Shown here in pieces: positions 23,946 through 34,936 of a DNA stretch of 64,000 nucleotides. Each line of letters starts with the position of its first letter. Position 1 is the stretch's first letter. The translations under genes were made by a program, and so were the position numbers. The DNA is from Enterobacteria phage CHB7. Location of the stretch: sequence record MK562504.1; one strand, given 5' to 3'. The notes below the pieces were generated by a model. The model ran no database searches. It saw only the letters and a program-made list of their open reading frames with translations, and was not told where the DNA came from.

Positions 23946-24392
23946 TTAAACACTTGACGCAGGAATCGTAGAAGTGTAGTCTAGCTTCTCACAACCAAAA
24001 ATCCAAGTTTTAGAGTTCTGGTCACGACCAAGTTCAATCTGTGGAAGTTCCTGCAACCATGCGTTAATACCAGTTGCCAGAACAGAGCCAGATGGGTCGT
24101 AGATTACGAAGTTAGAAGAGATATCTTCTTCAAGTTCCATGTCATCTTGTTTAGCTTGAATCGCAGAAAGCATCTGGTTAGAGAGTGAAGTCTGCATTAG
24201 CTCAATCTCAATAGTACCTGTCTTATCTGCGTTTCTTGTCAGAGCTACCTGACCACCTGCACCAACAACTGGTGTAACAAGTGGAGAAGTTCTCTGAAGA
24301 CGTAAGAATGAATCTGGAGCAAAGCCTTCGATGGCAATACCATTCCAGCTACATACAACGTCTTTAGGGGAATATTGCTGATACATAGCCAT
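23946..24392 (-). CDS. tail tube protein
   Basis: 148 aa immediately downstream of sheath-sized ORF. Confidence 0.55.
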   Translation of the reverse strand: MAMYQQYSPKDVVCSWNGIAIEGFAPDSFLRLQRTSPLVTPVVGAGGQVALTRNADKTGTIEIELMQTSLSNQMLSAIQAKQDDMELEEDISSNFVIYDPSGSVLATGINAWLQELPQIELGRDQNSKTWIFGCEKLDYTSTIPASSV

Positions 24393-24407
24393 TCCAATTT
24401 ACCTCTA

Positions 24408-25760
24408 TTATTCGTAAGCCACTGTACCTTTCAAGTCAACATCCAAGATAGCACCTGCTAAGATACCTGCGAAGGTAACATCTTTCAGGATACGAGCTTT
24501 CTTGTCTGCCAAAGCAACTTGAGAGGCTTTAGGAACATTAACTGTGTAAGATGACAGGAAGTTTCTGTTAACTGCTCTTTGCAGAGAGGTTTCAATGACC
24601 TGACGAATACGGGTAATACCTGTATCATCATAAGTAATCTTACCACCCTTCTGATTAATTAGCAAGTCTCTCAGAGAAGTTTTCAAGTCAGATTCTAGCC
24701 AGTCAACACCACGGATGATATCAATCCATTCACCACCAGAAGTGACACCTCTACGTACAACTGGAACACCACCATCAAGGTCGATGAAGTTGCAGTGACG
24801 TACATCCAAAGCGGATTTCTGAATGCTTGTCAGAGGTCTCTGGTTAGCTGGCTGAAGAGACGCTTCAACACCAGTCAACTGAGCATTACCCCAAGCAATT
24901 GAACCTGCATCATACGGAGCACCGTAAGCGATGTAAGCCATTTCTGGGTAATCATAGGTAGCAGTGTGATGCCACAAGCAGACTGTACGAGTGTACATGC
25001 TCTTGGCAAGCTGTGCAGGAACATCAGAAGCTGATTCTAGTTCGGTTCCTTGCAGGGCAGCTACATCTGCGTTTGCTGTGAAGAAAATCTTCTTACGAGC
25101 CTGAATTTCTGAAGCCATTGCCAAGATGAACTGAGAAGTTCTGTCTTCAGCAGAGATGAAGTACCAATCTGTAGAGTACGTCTCAATAGCAGCCAAAGCA
25201 CTTGCAGCAGTGTCAGAAGTTGTAGCAGCGATTGATACAGAGCTTGTAGTTGAGGTAACTTTTACAAAGTCATTGTCACCAGCTTTTGTAACAATCATGG
25301 TTGCGGAGCTACCAGTACCAGTTACGTTGATAGTAACATCATCTTTGATTGTTGGGTCAGCTTCAATCTGGTCTTTAAACTGCGTCAGAACAATCAGAGC
25401 AGTGTCATCAGCTTGTGCAGTGTATTGGTATGGCTGAGAAACGCCACCACCTACAGCAATCGTCAGAGAGTAATCTGTACTTTCAGCTACTTCATCAGGG
25501 ATTGACACTGTGTACTGCATAGCACGTCTACCAATATATAGCTGAGTTACTTTTGGAGTTTGGCTCCATAACTGTCTTGCAGCTTTATAAGCAGCAGAGT
25601 TTTCATCGAAATCTTCAGCAACTTCAGTCAGAGAGGTATAGCCACGAACCCTTTCTTCAAAGTTGTCAGTTGACGCTAAGAATAATGGTAGACCAAAACC
25701 TTCTCTCGTAGTTCCTGCGGTGTTCAATGTAATATCTACATTAACAATTGGATTCCACAT
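24408..25760 (-). CDS. tail sheath protein
   Basis: 450 aa upstream of tube/chaperone/tape-measure; positional and size inference. Confidence 0.6.
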   Translation of the reverse strand: MWNPIVNVDITLNTAGTTREGFGLPLFLASTDNFEERVRGYTSLTEVAEDFDENSAAYKAARQLWSQTPKVTQLYIGRRAMQYTVSIPDEVAESTDYSLTIAVGGGVSQPYQYTAQADDTALIVLTQFKDQIEADPTIKDDVTINVTGTGSSATMIVTKAGDNDFVKVTSTTSSVSIAATTSDTAASALAAIETYSTDWYFISAEDRTSQFILAMASEIQARKKIFFTANADVAALQGTELESASDVPAQLAKSMYTRTVCLWHHTATYDYPEMAYIAYGAPYDAGSIAWGNAQLTGVEASLQPANQRPLTSIQKSALDVRHCNFIDLDGGVPVVRRGVTSGGEWIDIIRGVDWLESDLKTSLRDLLINQKGGKITYDDTGITRIRQVIETSLQRAVNRNFLSSYTVNVPKASQVALADKKARILKDVTFAGILAGAILDVDLKGTVAYE

Positions 25761-26360
25761 TTATTTTACCCCTTTGGAGTCTACATCTAGATGGATAGTA
25801 TATTCTGGTGGCTCCTGTCCTTCCTCATAAACCAACTCACCATCAACGATAACGCGCTCAATAATACCACCACGTTCATCTTTCAAGACTGAGTTCATTA
25901 CAAGGGTTACAACAAGAGGTGCAGAATTTTCGAAATCTGTATTAAGATAAGTATAATCATTCGGGATAGCTCCAGTATCAAGCACCGTAGCACCTGTCTG
26001 TTCAAGCAATAAATCCCTTGTGGAACTCATCTCTAACCTTTGTTTTAGCTCCAGCATAATACTGTGAGCACCTTTACCATTTACAGTAATTAGTACGGGA
26101 ATCTGAAAAGCAATTCGATAGCAAACTACGTCATCTTCCACGAATTTATCAAGTAACCAACCATAAGGTGTTGTAGCATCTTGGCAGTATACTGTAATGA
26201 ATGGCTGGTCAGGTTTTAAACCTTTATCGTTAGAGTTGTCAGAGGGGTAAGCCCTAATAACGTTTGGTCTGTTATTCTTATCACGCGCTAATCGGTGACC
26301 AATAACATCTACCAAAGTTCTAACAATCCCTTTCTCAAGTTCTGCTGTTTCTAACTGCAT
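25761..26360 (-). CDS. neck/tail completion protein
   Basis: 199 aa; position between head and tail modules. Confidence 0.45.
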   Translation of the reverse strand: MQLETAELEKGIVRTLVDVIGHRLARDKNNRPNVIRAYPSDNSNDKGLKPDQPFITVYCQDATTPYGWLLDKFVEDDVVCYRIAFQIPVLITVNGKGAHSIMLELKQRLEMSSTRDLLLEQTGATVLDTGAIPNDYTYLNTDFENSAPLVVTLVMNSVLKDERGGIIERVIVDGELVYEEGQEPPEYTIHLDVDSKGVK

Positions 26361-26736
26361 TCATTTTATCCCTTCTAATAATGATATATTCATAATGGGA
26401 TGTGTAAGCTAATTGATTTGACCAGTCCATTGTCATAAATACTTCGTACTCGTGACCATCAATCATCACAATATCAGATTCAGTCCAATCAACATCATCA
26501 GATGTTCTCAACTTAGCTACAGTATAAAGGATTCTGGTATCAGTCAGACGAATACCTTCAGGTAAAACAATCTGTGTACCGTTCTTTACAGAACCCTTAA
26601 TATATGGCTGGATATTACCTTTGCAGTTAATCTCAACAATATCTTCTGAAGCTACCCAATCACCATCGTTATTGTAATAACCATCTTCAGATACTTTACG
26701 CTTAACTACAAAGCGGTGTCTGTTTAAGAGTCTCAT
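26335..26736 (-). CDS. head-tail joining protein
   Basis: 133 aa ORF. Confidence 0.45.
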   Translation of the reverse strand: MRLLNRHRFVVKRKVSEDGYYNNDGDWVASEDIVEINCKGNIQPYIKGSVKNGTQIVLPEGIRLTDTRILYTVAKLRTSDDVDWTESDIVMIDGHEYEVFMTMDWSNQLAYTSHYEYIIIRRDKMNAVRNSRT

Positions 26737-27215
26737 TTCTTAATACCCTTTTTAGTAGAAATTTCATAAGCAAGTTGGTCTCTTAAATCACCTGTCTCAA
26801 CAAGAGGTGCGTTAAAACCTTTTTTCTTGACTGTGGAAGGTGCGTTAGGAGGAAGGATAGCAGTATTACCGAAACCTCTTTTAATTGACTTCTGAGCACT
26901 CTTTGCAAATGCTTCCAAAGTATTTGTAGGGTCTACGTTAAGACTGTTAAGTTGCTTATAGAGATTCTTCTTAGTCTGCTCTAACAAGGTCTGTCTGTTT
27001 AGCATCATAGTGATTTCAAACAACCTACGATATACTTTACCAGAAGCTGAGGGAACCCCAATAACTTCGTGTAAGTACATTAAAGCAGGATAAGAAAAAC
27101 CAGAGCTATGTTGACCTTGTTCTTGAAAATACCCAACTTGAGCATTAGCCGTATGCAAGTTCTTCATAGCCCCGACTAATTTAGCTCTCGCGGGGTGAAT
27201 AACCCTTTTAACCAT
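26733..27215 (-). CDS. head-tail connector/completion protein
   Basis: 160 aa ORF. Confidence 0.45.
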   Translation of the reverse strand: MVKRVIHPARAKLVGAMKNLHTANAQVGYFQEQGQHSSGFSYPALMYLHEVIGVPSASGKVYRRLFEITMMLNRQTLLEQTKKNLYKQLNSLNVDPTNTLEAFAKSAQKSIKRGFGNTAILPPNAPSTVKKKGFNAPLVETGDLRDQLAYEISTKKGIKK

Positions 27216-27667
27216 TATTCATCTCGCTCGATAATAAATACGCCATTGACATTAGGGCAGAAGTCTCTACCATGATATCTAGCAGCATCGCCATATTCAG
27301 TATATTTCTTGACAGAGCAAGGATTCTGTTGACGCCTGATATCAATATCACACTGGCTAATCCCACCCGCATAAGGTAGACCAGACACTGAACTCTTAAT
27401 CAGGTCGTCGTAGACAGCTTTTAGAGACTTGAATCTGGAAGAGTTACGTAAGTAAACACCACCAACTTTCTCATCTCCCATCTTGGCTACTTGAAAGAGT
27501 AAATATTTAAGAGCTTTGATGGCTGCTTTCTTTTCGTCTTTACCAGATTCCACATAGAACCACTCTAGCACCGACTGTTCAATAAGAAGTTCATCGTTAT
27601 TGGTGTCGGTGCAGAGGATTCTTACTCTATCAAGAGGGTTATTGGCTGGGTCGCCTGTATAACACAT
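27215..27667 (-). CDS. hypothetical structural protein
   Basis: 150 aa ORF downstream of capsid gene. Confidence 0.45.
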   Translation of the reverse strand: MCYTGDPANNPLDRVRILCTDTNNDELLIEQSVLEWFYVESGKDEKKAAIKALKYLLFQVAKMGDEKVGGVYLRNSSRFKSLKAVYDDLIKSSVSGLPYAGGISQCDIDIRRQQNPCSVKKYTEYGDAARYHGRDFCPNVNGVFIIERDE

Positions 27668-27688
27668 TTATAACCCTCCTTTCAAGTT

Positions 27689-28801
27689 TTAGTCTTGTGG
27701 TGCAGCGTCAGAACGAACATCTACCAGCAACTGAGGACGTGTGCAGTATGGCAGCATGTAAGAGTGCGCTTCGAAGTCAATACCCTCATCACGGTCTTTT
27801 TCGTATTCGAATACGTACAGTTCCTGACCAAGAGTATTTGCGTAACCCATCTTAGGACATGGGCCATATGCAACTTCGAAGATGTTGTTAGCTTCACCCA
27901 ACATAGAAACGTTAGGGAACGCATGACCAACACCTACAGTGTTTGCTACTCCGTCGATGCTTACCAGAACGTGAGTCTTACCACGCTTATCTTGGAACTT
28001 ACCGTTGTACTGAACGAACTTCACACCACCGTAGTAGAATGTGTTCATGTGTGCCTGAACGCCATCAGTACCACCAGTTCTCAGAGAGCCAGTAATCTGC
28101 TGCCAAGCAAGTGGAGTCTGCTGTGCAAGGTATGCGTCACGAATCTTCGGATGCTTGATAAGCTTGCTGAAGAACAGACGGTCAACAACGATGTGAATTT
28201 CTTCACCGTTGATTACAGTACCAACTTTAGCTTCATCTTCCATGTGCATACGAAGTTCTTCGATAGCAGCGTCGATATCAGCGTTTGGATTGTCAAGGTC
28301 GAAGTAAACAGTCTTCTTCTCAACGTCGAACTGCTTGAACAGGTCAGCGTACAGAACACCGTTAGCGTCGATTACTTTACCCTTCAGAGCTTGCATGAAC
28401 AAGAACTCACGAGTAATATCGAACTTGGTACGAATCTTCATCAGCTTACGAGCACGAACGATAGCTTCAGTAGTCAGTTCGTTTGCAGTGCCTGGCTGAC
28501 GTACACCCTGAATTTCATCAGGAGTAATGCTTTCCACTTCCTTGAAGTACATCATTGGGAAGCTAATCTGCTTAACTCTTTCTGGAGCACTCGTCTCAGC
28601 TTTACGGCTGGTACGGTCTACTGCATCCAGTAAGCTAATGTCAGACTCAGTTAAATCCATAAGGAAAGTAGTCTGAGTAATTGGGGCAGAACGGAAAAGA
28701 CCCAAACCGGAAATATAACCGTAAGTATTTGGGATAGACTGGACTTCACCAGTCAGGTCAGCAAGGAAAAATCTGCTTTTTTCAGAATTAGTTAATGCCA
28801 T
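27689..28801 (-). CDS. major capsid protein (lambda gpE-like)
   Basis: 370 aa; follows decoration and protease genes in the lambda-like order. Confidence 0.75.
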   Translation of the reverse strand: MALTNSEKSRFFLADLTGEVQSIPNTYGYISGLGLFRSAPITQTTFLMDLTESDISLLDAVDRTSRKAETSAPERVKQISFPMMYFKEVESITPDEIQGVRQPGTANELTTEAIVRARKLMKIRTKFDITREFLFMQALKGKVIDANGVLYADLFKQFDVEKKTVYFDLDNPNADIDAAIEELRMHMEDEAKVGTVINGEEIHIVVDRLFFSKLIKHPKIRDAYLAQQTPLAWQQITGSLRTGGTDGVQAHMNTFYYGGVKFVQYNGKFQDKRGKTHVLVSIDGVANTVGVGHAFPNVSMLGEANNIFEVAYGPCPKMGYANTLGQELYVFEYEKDRDEGIDFEAHSYMLPYCTRPQLLVDVRSDAAPQD

Positions 28802-28831
28802 TATAAAATTCTCCAGAATGTCTTATTGTTA

Positions 28832-29209
28832 TTACAGGCCAGTTGGTACGAAATCAATGCCTTTTGCTGCAAGAGCAGTCTTAACAGCAGCAGCGTCAAC
28901 GCCATCAGCCAGAGTTAAGAGGTCTTTCAGTTCAGCATCACGGAAGATACCAACAACTTTCAACTGACCGTGGTAAGACAGTTGCAGGTCTGCGTAGAAG
29001 TTGACGATGCAAACAGAGTCAGCCTGAGCTTCTTCACCTGCTGCAACTTTGGTTCCATCAGCTTTCAGAACTTCACCTACACGGTATTCTGTAGAAGCGA
29101 CTGGAGCGTACTCTTTACGAGAGTGACCTGTTGGTGTAATCTGTTCCCAAAGAATGATATCATTCAGTGGTTCTCTGTTACCTAAGTGAGTAAAACCTTC
29201 ATATGCCAT
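28832..29209 (-). CDS. head decoration protein (gpD-like)
   Basis: 125 aa between protease/scaffold and capsid genes. Confidence 0.55.
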   Translation of the reverse strand: MAYEGFTHLGNREPLNDIILWEQITPTGHSRKEYAPVASTEYRVGEVLKADGTKVAAGEEAQADSVCIVNFYADLQLSYHGQLKVVGIFRDAELKDLLTLADGVDAAAVKTALAAKGIDFVPTGL

Positions 29210-29221
29210 TATTTGTGTTCC

Positions 29222-30574
29222 TTATTTGATAAGAGATTTCAAAGCATTCTGGAGAGCCAGTTTGCGTTGTTCTGCGGTGTCATCAGATGCGTTTTCAGAA
29301 GGTTTTTCTTCGTCAACCAGTTCTGCTTCACCGTCATTACCCATTTCTTCCATTGCGTTAGAGTGTTCCAGAACAGCACCAGCAGTTTCTTTCAGCTTAG
29401 TGATTTCGGAATCTTTCTCTGACAGTGCAGAAGCATGAGCCGCGATAGTTTCATTTAGTTTCTGGTTAGCACCTTCCATAGCATTCATAAAGAGAACACT
29501 CAGAGGGTTGTCAAGACCAGCGCCTAAGATAGCCTGAGCAGCTTCTGTTGCGTCAAACCCGAAAGCTTCAGCAGAAGCAGAAATCTTACCAGTCAGTTCA
29601 GACATAGTTTTTTCCTGTTCTTTTGCTTTCATCTGAGCAACCTGAGCGCGTAGAGCCTCTAGTTCTTGCTTTTCTTGTTCAGTCATTTCTTCACCTGAAT
29701 TGTTAACGTTTAAACTTACAGGAGCTTCATCAGAACCTTGTAAGTAATTTAAGAAATCATCTTGAGACATGATTGAATTAATTAAACCAAGTTCAAGAGC
29801 TTCCTGAGCAGAATAAACATTCGCCTCAGTATTCTTCACAGCTTCTTCGGAGATATTACGTGCATCAGCTACAAAACCTGTGAAGGTGTTATAGGTGTCA
29901 TTAATTCTCTGTTGAAGTCTTGTTTTGCTTTCTTCTGAGAGTGCTTGGAATGGGGAACCCAAACCTTTAAATTCACCAGCTTTAATAACGTTAATTGTAA
30001 CGCCATTCTTTTCAAATGCTTTAGTTAATTCTTGGTGAACCATAATTACACCGATTGAACCAACATCTGCATCCGGTGATGCAATTACTTCATCAGCAGA
30101 ACATGCAAGTGCATACGCAGCGGAACATGCGAACTCATCAACATATGCTACAATTTTCTTTTTGCCTCTGGAGGCTACGATGTGACGTGCTAATTCAAAA
30201 CAACCTGAAGCTTCACCACCACCAGAATCAACGTGCAGTACAATTGTCTTAATAGATTCATCTGCTAAAGCTTCGTCGAAGCCTCTGCGTAAACCCTCAT
30301 AAGAACTTAGACCACCAGTACACATTGCATCCATAAATGTCATACGATGTGTTAGGCCACCCATAATAGGGATAATAGCAATGTCGTCTTTAACTTTTAG
30401 AAGACTTCTTGCCTCACCTTTAGGTTTGTCGAAATTGACTGCTGCTTGAACTTCACCTAACAAGCGGTTATTTACATAAGTCGCTGCTGAGTGAGCTAGA
30501 GATTCAGTGGCTAGTAAAGGTTGGTTGAATAATCTATCAGCAAGTCTGAAGATATTCGAACTCATTTTACTCAC
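29222..30574 (-). CDS. prohead protease (S49/ClpP-like) fused to scaffold domain
   Basis: LHVDSGGGEASG and ACSAAYALACSAD serine-protease segments; C-terminal Glu/Lys-rich coiled-coil. Confidence 0.75.
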   Translation of the reverse strand: MSKMSSNIFRLADRLFNQPLLATESLAHSAATYVNNRLLGEVQAAVNFDKPKGEARSLLKVKDDIAIIPIMGGLTHRMTFMDAMCTGGLSSYEGLRRGFDEALADESIKTIVLHVDSGGGEASGCFELARHIVASRGKKKIVAYVDEFACSAAYALACSADEVIASPDADVGSIGVIMVHQELTKAFEKNGVTINVIKAGEFKGLGSPFQALSEESKTRLQQRINDTYNTFTGFVADARNISEEAVKNTEANVYSAQEALELGLINSIMSQDDFLNYLQGSDEAPVSLNVNNSGEEMTEQEKQELEALRAQVAQMKAKEQEKTMSELTGKISASAEAFGFDATEAAQAILGAGLDNPLSVLFMNAMEGANQKLNETIAAHASALSEKDSEITKLKETAGAVLEHSNAMEEMGNDGEAELVDEEKPSENASDDTAEQRKLALQNALKSLIK

Positions 30575-30575
30575 C

Positions 30576-30908
30576 CTATTTGTTTAAATCCACCGATACT
30601 GAAGCGATAACATAGATACCTTCTTCAGCAAAGAATTGAGGGCTGCTAAGAGCACCTGTTGCCACGCATTTATCGTTGGCATCCCATAGGCTATAGTGTG
30701 AGACCGTTGCAGAAGCTGGCACAGTGATATTAACTGTGTCTTCTGAGGCAATTAAGCCGTTGTTCGGTTCAGAGAAATAAATAGCCACTGGCTGAGTAAC
30801 CTTATTTGCTGTAGGGTCTGCCGTTGGGTCTACATTGTGTAAAACAATAGTCGTTGGGGTTAGCGTGGCGAGGATTTTATTCTTACCATCAATAGTTAAT
30901 GTTCCCAT
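30576..30908 (-). CDS. hypothetical head-associated protein
   Basis: 110 aa ORF. Confidence 0.45.
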   Translation of the reverse strand: MGTLTIDGKNKILATLTPTTIVLHNVDPTADPTANKVTQPVAIYFSEPNNGLIASEDTVNITVPASATVSHYSLWDANDKCVATGALSSPQFFAEEGIYVIASVSVDLNK

Positions 30909-31408
30909 TAATTGAACCTTACTTTCTGTTTAAGGACTGTTGAATGGTTACCAGATTCATCCACCACATTTACAATCATATCATATACTTTACCTTTGAC
31001 AAGTACTTTGTAATCATTTTGTGAAAAAATGTACTCAAGTCTGTTAGACTCTTTGTTTACTGTCATTGGAGATTGAAATGCTGTGTCAATGGTAATGAAC
31101 GCAGCTTCAACGCTATTAACGTTTATACGTTTATTCTCACAGTTATATAACTTTACACCCAAAAGGCATGAACTGTCAAATGGAATTTTAACAATTTCGC
31201 TACAATTGTTTGAAATAAACGAATTTCCGTTCATTGGAGCATCAAGTAACCTGCAAATAGTGAAAACGTTAGAGGTTCCACCATCACTTACATAACCTGA
31301 AAGGCTGACCCTTGAGCCAGCCTCTACAGATAACGTATCAGTAATAACCAGAACACCTCTATACGAATGCACTCGTGTAGCATTTGAAATAGAGATAACT
31401 TCAGCCAT
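30908..31408 (-). CDS. hypothetical head-associated protein
   Basis: 166 aa ORF. Confidence 0.45.
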   Translation of the reverse strand: MAEVISISNATRVHSYRGVLVITDTLSVEAGSRVSLSGYVSDGGTSNVFTICRLLDAPMNGNSFISNNCSEIVKIPFDSSCLLGVKLYNCENKRINVNSVEAAFITIDTAFQSPMTVNKESNRLEYIFSQNDYKVLVKGKVYDMIVNVVDESGNHSTVLKQKVRFN

Positions 31409-32883
31409 TATTTATTTGCCTTATTCGCTGTACTTGGGTCTTTTGCTGAAGGGGTCTTCGCAGTTCCCTCTCCGGCAGTCTTATAACCATCACCTGAACG
31501 ACTTTGAGTGTTAGGGGATAATTCTTCAGACACAGGTTGAGACTCATCAGCAGGTGGTAAGCCAATGTGTTCTCTAAGCTTGTTAGACAGTTCCTTATCA
31601 ACTTCCATAGCACCAACTGCAACGGTCTTCTGAATGTAAGCACCAATAGCTTCAAGGTCTGGAGTTTCAATATCGTCATAGACGATTTGAACGTGCTCTT
31701 CATCATCCCACATATTCAGGGCGTAAGTCTGTGCTACTAGGTCACGGTTAATTACGTTCTTGATTTGTTTCAGAAGAATATCTACAGACATTGCAAGTAA
31801 ACTTGTCTTAGAATCTGCTAAAGAGAATGAACCATATTTTGACTGACCCATTGCAAGAACATCTGACATAAACGCCATCATAATCTGCTTAGAATAACGG
31901 TCAATGATAGCTCCAGTATCATAAGCTTTTGCACCCTGTCTAGATACTAATGAGAACTCAAAGATATCCTCTTTAGTTTCTGGGTCGATGAATCTAGGCC
32001 AGATTAAACCTGCTCGGTCATTTGCAATCATATCATTAACTACAGACTTGCAGTATTCTACGAAAGCTTTCTTTTCAGGTTCAGCATTCTCATCCAGATA
32101 ATCAGGTGGCAAACCAATCTTTGGCATACCTACTAAGTCTCTGGAAACACCAACTGCTTCGTACTCTTCAATTTGGACTTTATATTTCCAAGGTACATAA
32201 GCATTAAGTAATGGTGAACGACCCTCTGGGTTACCATATTCATCATCATATTTGAACAGTAAGAATTTACTTCTTGGAAGTTTTCTTGTTAGTGGCTGTT
32301 CAGCCAGATTAATAGCTCCAGCAATGTGTGAAACGTTTCTCAGATTCTGTCTAACACCTGTTACTTTTCGATAGTCTGAATCGAAATACCACTTATCAAT
32401 GGTTGACTGGTTTCTGATAGGGAGTTTAGCCCAACCAATTAAACCATCATTATATCTTGAAGGGTATTTACCTTTATTACCCTGACGCTTCTTGTAAACT
32501 TTCTCATTCACACAGAATCCGTAAGTACAGAATGACATTACAGAGTTAATAAAGTCAGCCCAATCATGCTCCATGTCATCCATTAGAGAGTTAAAGAAGT
32601 CTGCTCGTTCAATCATCTTAGGGTCTTGTTCTTTTCCCTTCGGAGGAACAAATCTCCAGTTGACTTTTCTAACAAACATCTTAATAATGTTTACAGATGC
32701 CGCTACAGCAGGGTCACGCATCATCAGTTGGAAAGTCTTAATACTTTCTGGGAATCTTAAAGCTTGTCTAGGTTCTTCGTAGATTCTTCCACCACGAACC
32801 TTTAAACCAAGGCTCCCAACCTCACCCATTCTGAATGGAGGTAGGCTTTCTTGTGTTTCTGTAATTTCTGCCATTCTTCTCAC
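31408..32883 (-). CDS. portal protein
   Basis: 491 aa immediately downstream of terminase large subunit. Confidence 0.75.
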   Translation of the reverse strand: MRRMAEITETQESLPPFRMGEVGSLGLKVRGGRIYEEPRQALRFPESIKTFQLMMRDPAVAASVNIIKMFVRKVNWRFVPPKGKEQDPKMIERADFFNSLMDDMEHDWADFINSVMSFCTYGFCVNEKVYKKRQGNKGKYPSRYNDGLIGWAKLPIRNQSTIDKWYFDSDYRKVTGVRQNLRNVSHIAGAINLAEQPLTRKLPRSKFLLFKYDDEYGNPEGRSPLLNAYVPWKYKVQIEEYEAVGVSRDLVGMPKIGLPPDYLDENAEPEKKAFVEYCKSVVNDMIANDRAGLIWPRFIDPETKEDIFEFSLVSRQGAKAYDTGAIIDRYSKQIMMAFMSDVLAMGQSKYGSFSLADSKTSLLAMSVDILLKQIKNVINRDLVAQTYALNMWDDEEHVQIVYDDIETPDLEAIGAYIQKTVAVGAMEVDKELSNKLREHIGLPPADESQPVSEELSPNTQSRSGDGYKTAGEGTAKTPSAKDPSTANKANK

Positions 32884-32891
32884 CTGAATTG

Positions 32892-34508
32892 TTAACGTCT
32901 AAGCCCCTCATAAGGATTGCTTCTCACTAAATCAGTGTGAGTACCCATAGAAGGTGGCTTGAATAGTTTTACTTCGTTGAGACTGTTGAAAGCATCGCTT
33001 GTGGCATCCACTTGGTCATCCTTGGTTTTCCCATCCCCACAAAAACCTTCCAGTTCTTGGAAATAGGCTTCGTTCCAGCTACCTCTAACGATTTTTACCA
33101 ATCCTGCTTCAGAAGCAGCAGAGAAACCCGCAAAACGGGTAACTTTATCTTTATTGGTTGGTTTGGCTCTTGCACGATAACCTTTCTCGGCAAGTTTTCT
33201 GATAAGAGATGTTGCGTAGGATTTACCAGCAGCGCCTGGGTCTTGAGGAATAAAGATGCCAGTACGTTTGCCGTCGCTTTCAGCAGTCAAGTTAATTTGT
33301 GTCTCGACTCCAGAAGGTCTATCTCTAAATCTTACTACGTTCATGACATAATAGCAACCATCTTTTTTAGATTTAGCCATTCTAACACCTGCTGTCCAGT
33401 CAGGGTTAGGGTTAACTTCAGACGGTAAAGTAGCCGCTAAGTCCCATGCTCTAACGTCAAATACGTCAGGTGGAACTGAATCAACAATCTCACACCATTG
33501 TCTTTGCCAATAGTTAGAACCTTCTGCACGAGCTTTCCAGTTACCAAATCTCAAACGTGCAACGTTTACTGGAGTGTTGTTTTCCAGCTTACCACGATAC
33601 TTCGGTTCCAAGAAGTCAAGGATTGGGTTATCATCAATCGTACCAGAGATAAAGGTATATGTCTGAGGAATCTCCAGAGGGAACATTTCAAGAATCTTGT
33701 CTCTGTCCCAATCAGATACCATCACGCCATCATTCATTACATACCAACGAATACGACCACATTTCTCAGGGTCTGGATAACCTTCTTCGTCTAAGAATGG
33801 TTCTACCCAATCATAAATGAAGTGGTCTCTGTCTGGGTTCATGGAAATCTTCATGTAAGAGTCACCTTCAGCACCAGAACGCAAACGAGTTTGCAGGTAT
33901 GAAATCTGTGACGCAGAGAAGTGTGTACCTTCGTCAAAGTAAATTGCTGAGTATTCAATACCCTGATGACCTTCAGCGTGTTTTTCAAGTTCTAAGTAGG
34001 TAAACTTGATAGTAGCCCCAGAAGGGAATACGATAGTCATCTTCTGTTCATGTGGAACACCACCGAACTTACCAAAAAGCTTCTTCGCAGCAGGCCATAA
34101 ACCACCTTGTAACTGTGTCGTGTTTCGACGGAAGTATACAGCGTTGTAGTTAGGGTCTTCGATAAATCTGAGTGAATCCATCAGCAAAGCAGCAGTCTTA
34201 CCAGCACCAGCCGCACCACCATATAGAACTAAGTCAGCATTTGTGTTAAGAAATACTTCCTGAGAGCCGGGTTGTGGAGCTACATAGTTCTTATCAGTCA
34301 TAAGTTTGAAGATAAGTCTTACTTGGTCTGGAGTGTATCTTAATAAAGTCAGAATCTGAGTAGGAAGGAATTTAGAGGGGTCTTTACCAAATGACTTGAT
34401 AATATCTTTAACTTCATCAGAAAGCCCCAACTCTCCAGCTAGGACTTTCCTTACATCTTCCACTCGCTTCTGCTTAACAGCATTCAAATCCATTAAGCGC
34501 CTCCGCAA
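32892..34508 (-). CDS. terminase large subunit
   Basis: Walker A LYGGAAGAGKTAAL; 538 aa. Confidence 0.85.
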   Translation of the reverse strand: MRRRLMDLNAVKQKRVEDVRKVLAGELGLSDEVKDIIKSFGKDPSKFLPTQILTLLRYTPDQVRLIFKLMTDKNYVAPQPGSQEVFLNTNADLVLYGGAAGAGKTAALLMDSLRFIEDPNYNAVYFRRNTTQLQGGLWPAAKKLFGKFGGVPHEQKMTIVFPSGATIKFTYLELEKHAEGHQGIEYSAIYFDEGTHFSASQISYLQTRLRSGAEGDSYMKISMNPDRDHFIYDWVEPFLDEEGYPDPEKCGRIRWYVMNDGVMVSDWDRDKILEMFPLEIPQTYTFISGTIDDNPILDFLEPKYRGKLENNTPVNVARLRFGNWKARAEGSNYWQRQWCEIVDSVPPDVFDVRAWDLAATLPSEVNPNPDWTAGVRMAKSKKDGCYYVMNVVRFRDRPSGVETQINLTAESDGKRTGIFIPQDPGAAGKSYATSLIRKLAEKGYRARAKPTNKDKVTRFAGFSAASEAGLVKIVRGSWNEAYFQELEGFCGDGKTKDDQVDATSDAFNSLNEVKLFKPPSMGTHTDLVRSNPYEGLRR

Positions 34509-34514
34509 ATAGAA

Positions 34515-34715
34515 TTATTCGGCAGCAACTTCTTCGGCAGCTTTAACACCAAACTTTGCATCAACTGCATCTAACAGTTCATCCATATTGGTTTCTTTAA
34601 TATCTTTACCAGTTGCATTAGCCAGACGGTGAGCAACACTGATAATAGTGTTCTGCAACAGTTCTGCTCTTTTGTTTGCTTCATAAAGTTCTTTGTAAAC
34701 ATTAGTCTCGTTCAT
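34515..34715 (-). CDS. small hypothetical protein
   Basis: 66 aa ORF upstream of terminase. Confidence 0.4.
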   Translation of the reverse strand: MNETNVYKELYEANKRAELLQNTIISVAHRLANATGKDIKETNMDELLDAVDAKFGVKAAEEVAAE

Positions 34716-34936
34716 TGTATTTCTCCAAAAATAATAAGTGAATGGCTCTCCTGAAAAAAGACGGCGCAGAGACCGTCAAGGAGAAACCACAATGTATGCC
34801 AGAGACATACTGTATAAGTCTTCTTATAAAGTATACATCTGTAAAAAAGCCCTGTCTAAAAATACTCTTCGGTAGCGAAAGGAAGAATACTCGTAGCAGG
34901 GCGTTATTATTTTATTTTGAGAGAGAGTAAAATAAT

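Noticed and set aside
27695-28633. 312 aa plus-strand ORF
   Set aside because: Lies entirely antisense to the major capsid gene, which has a strong context and family-like features; judged a shadow ORF.
33012-33428. Plus-strand ORFs inside the structural operon (also 21304-21660, 25156-25437, 59073-59537, 59618-60151)
   Set aside because: All are antisense to longer minus-strand genes of the structural operon or the macro-domain block.
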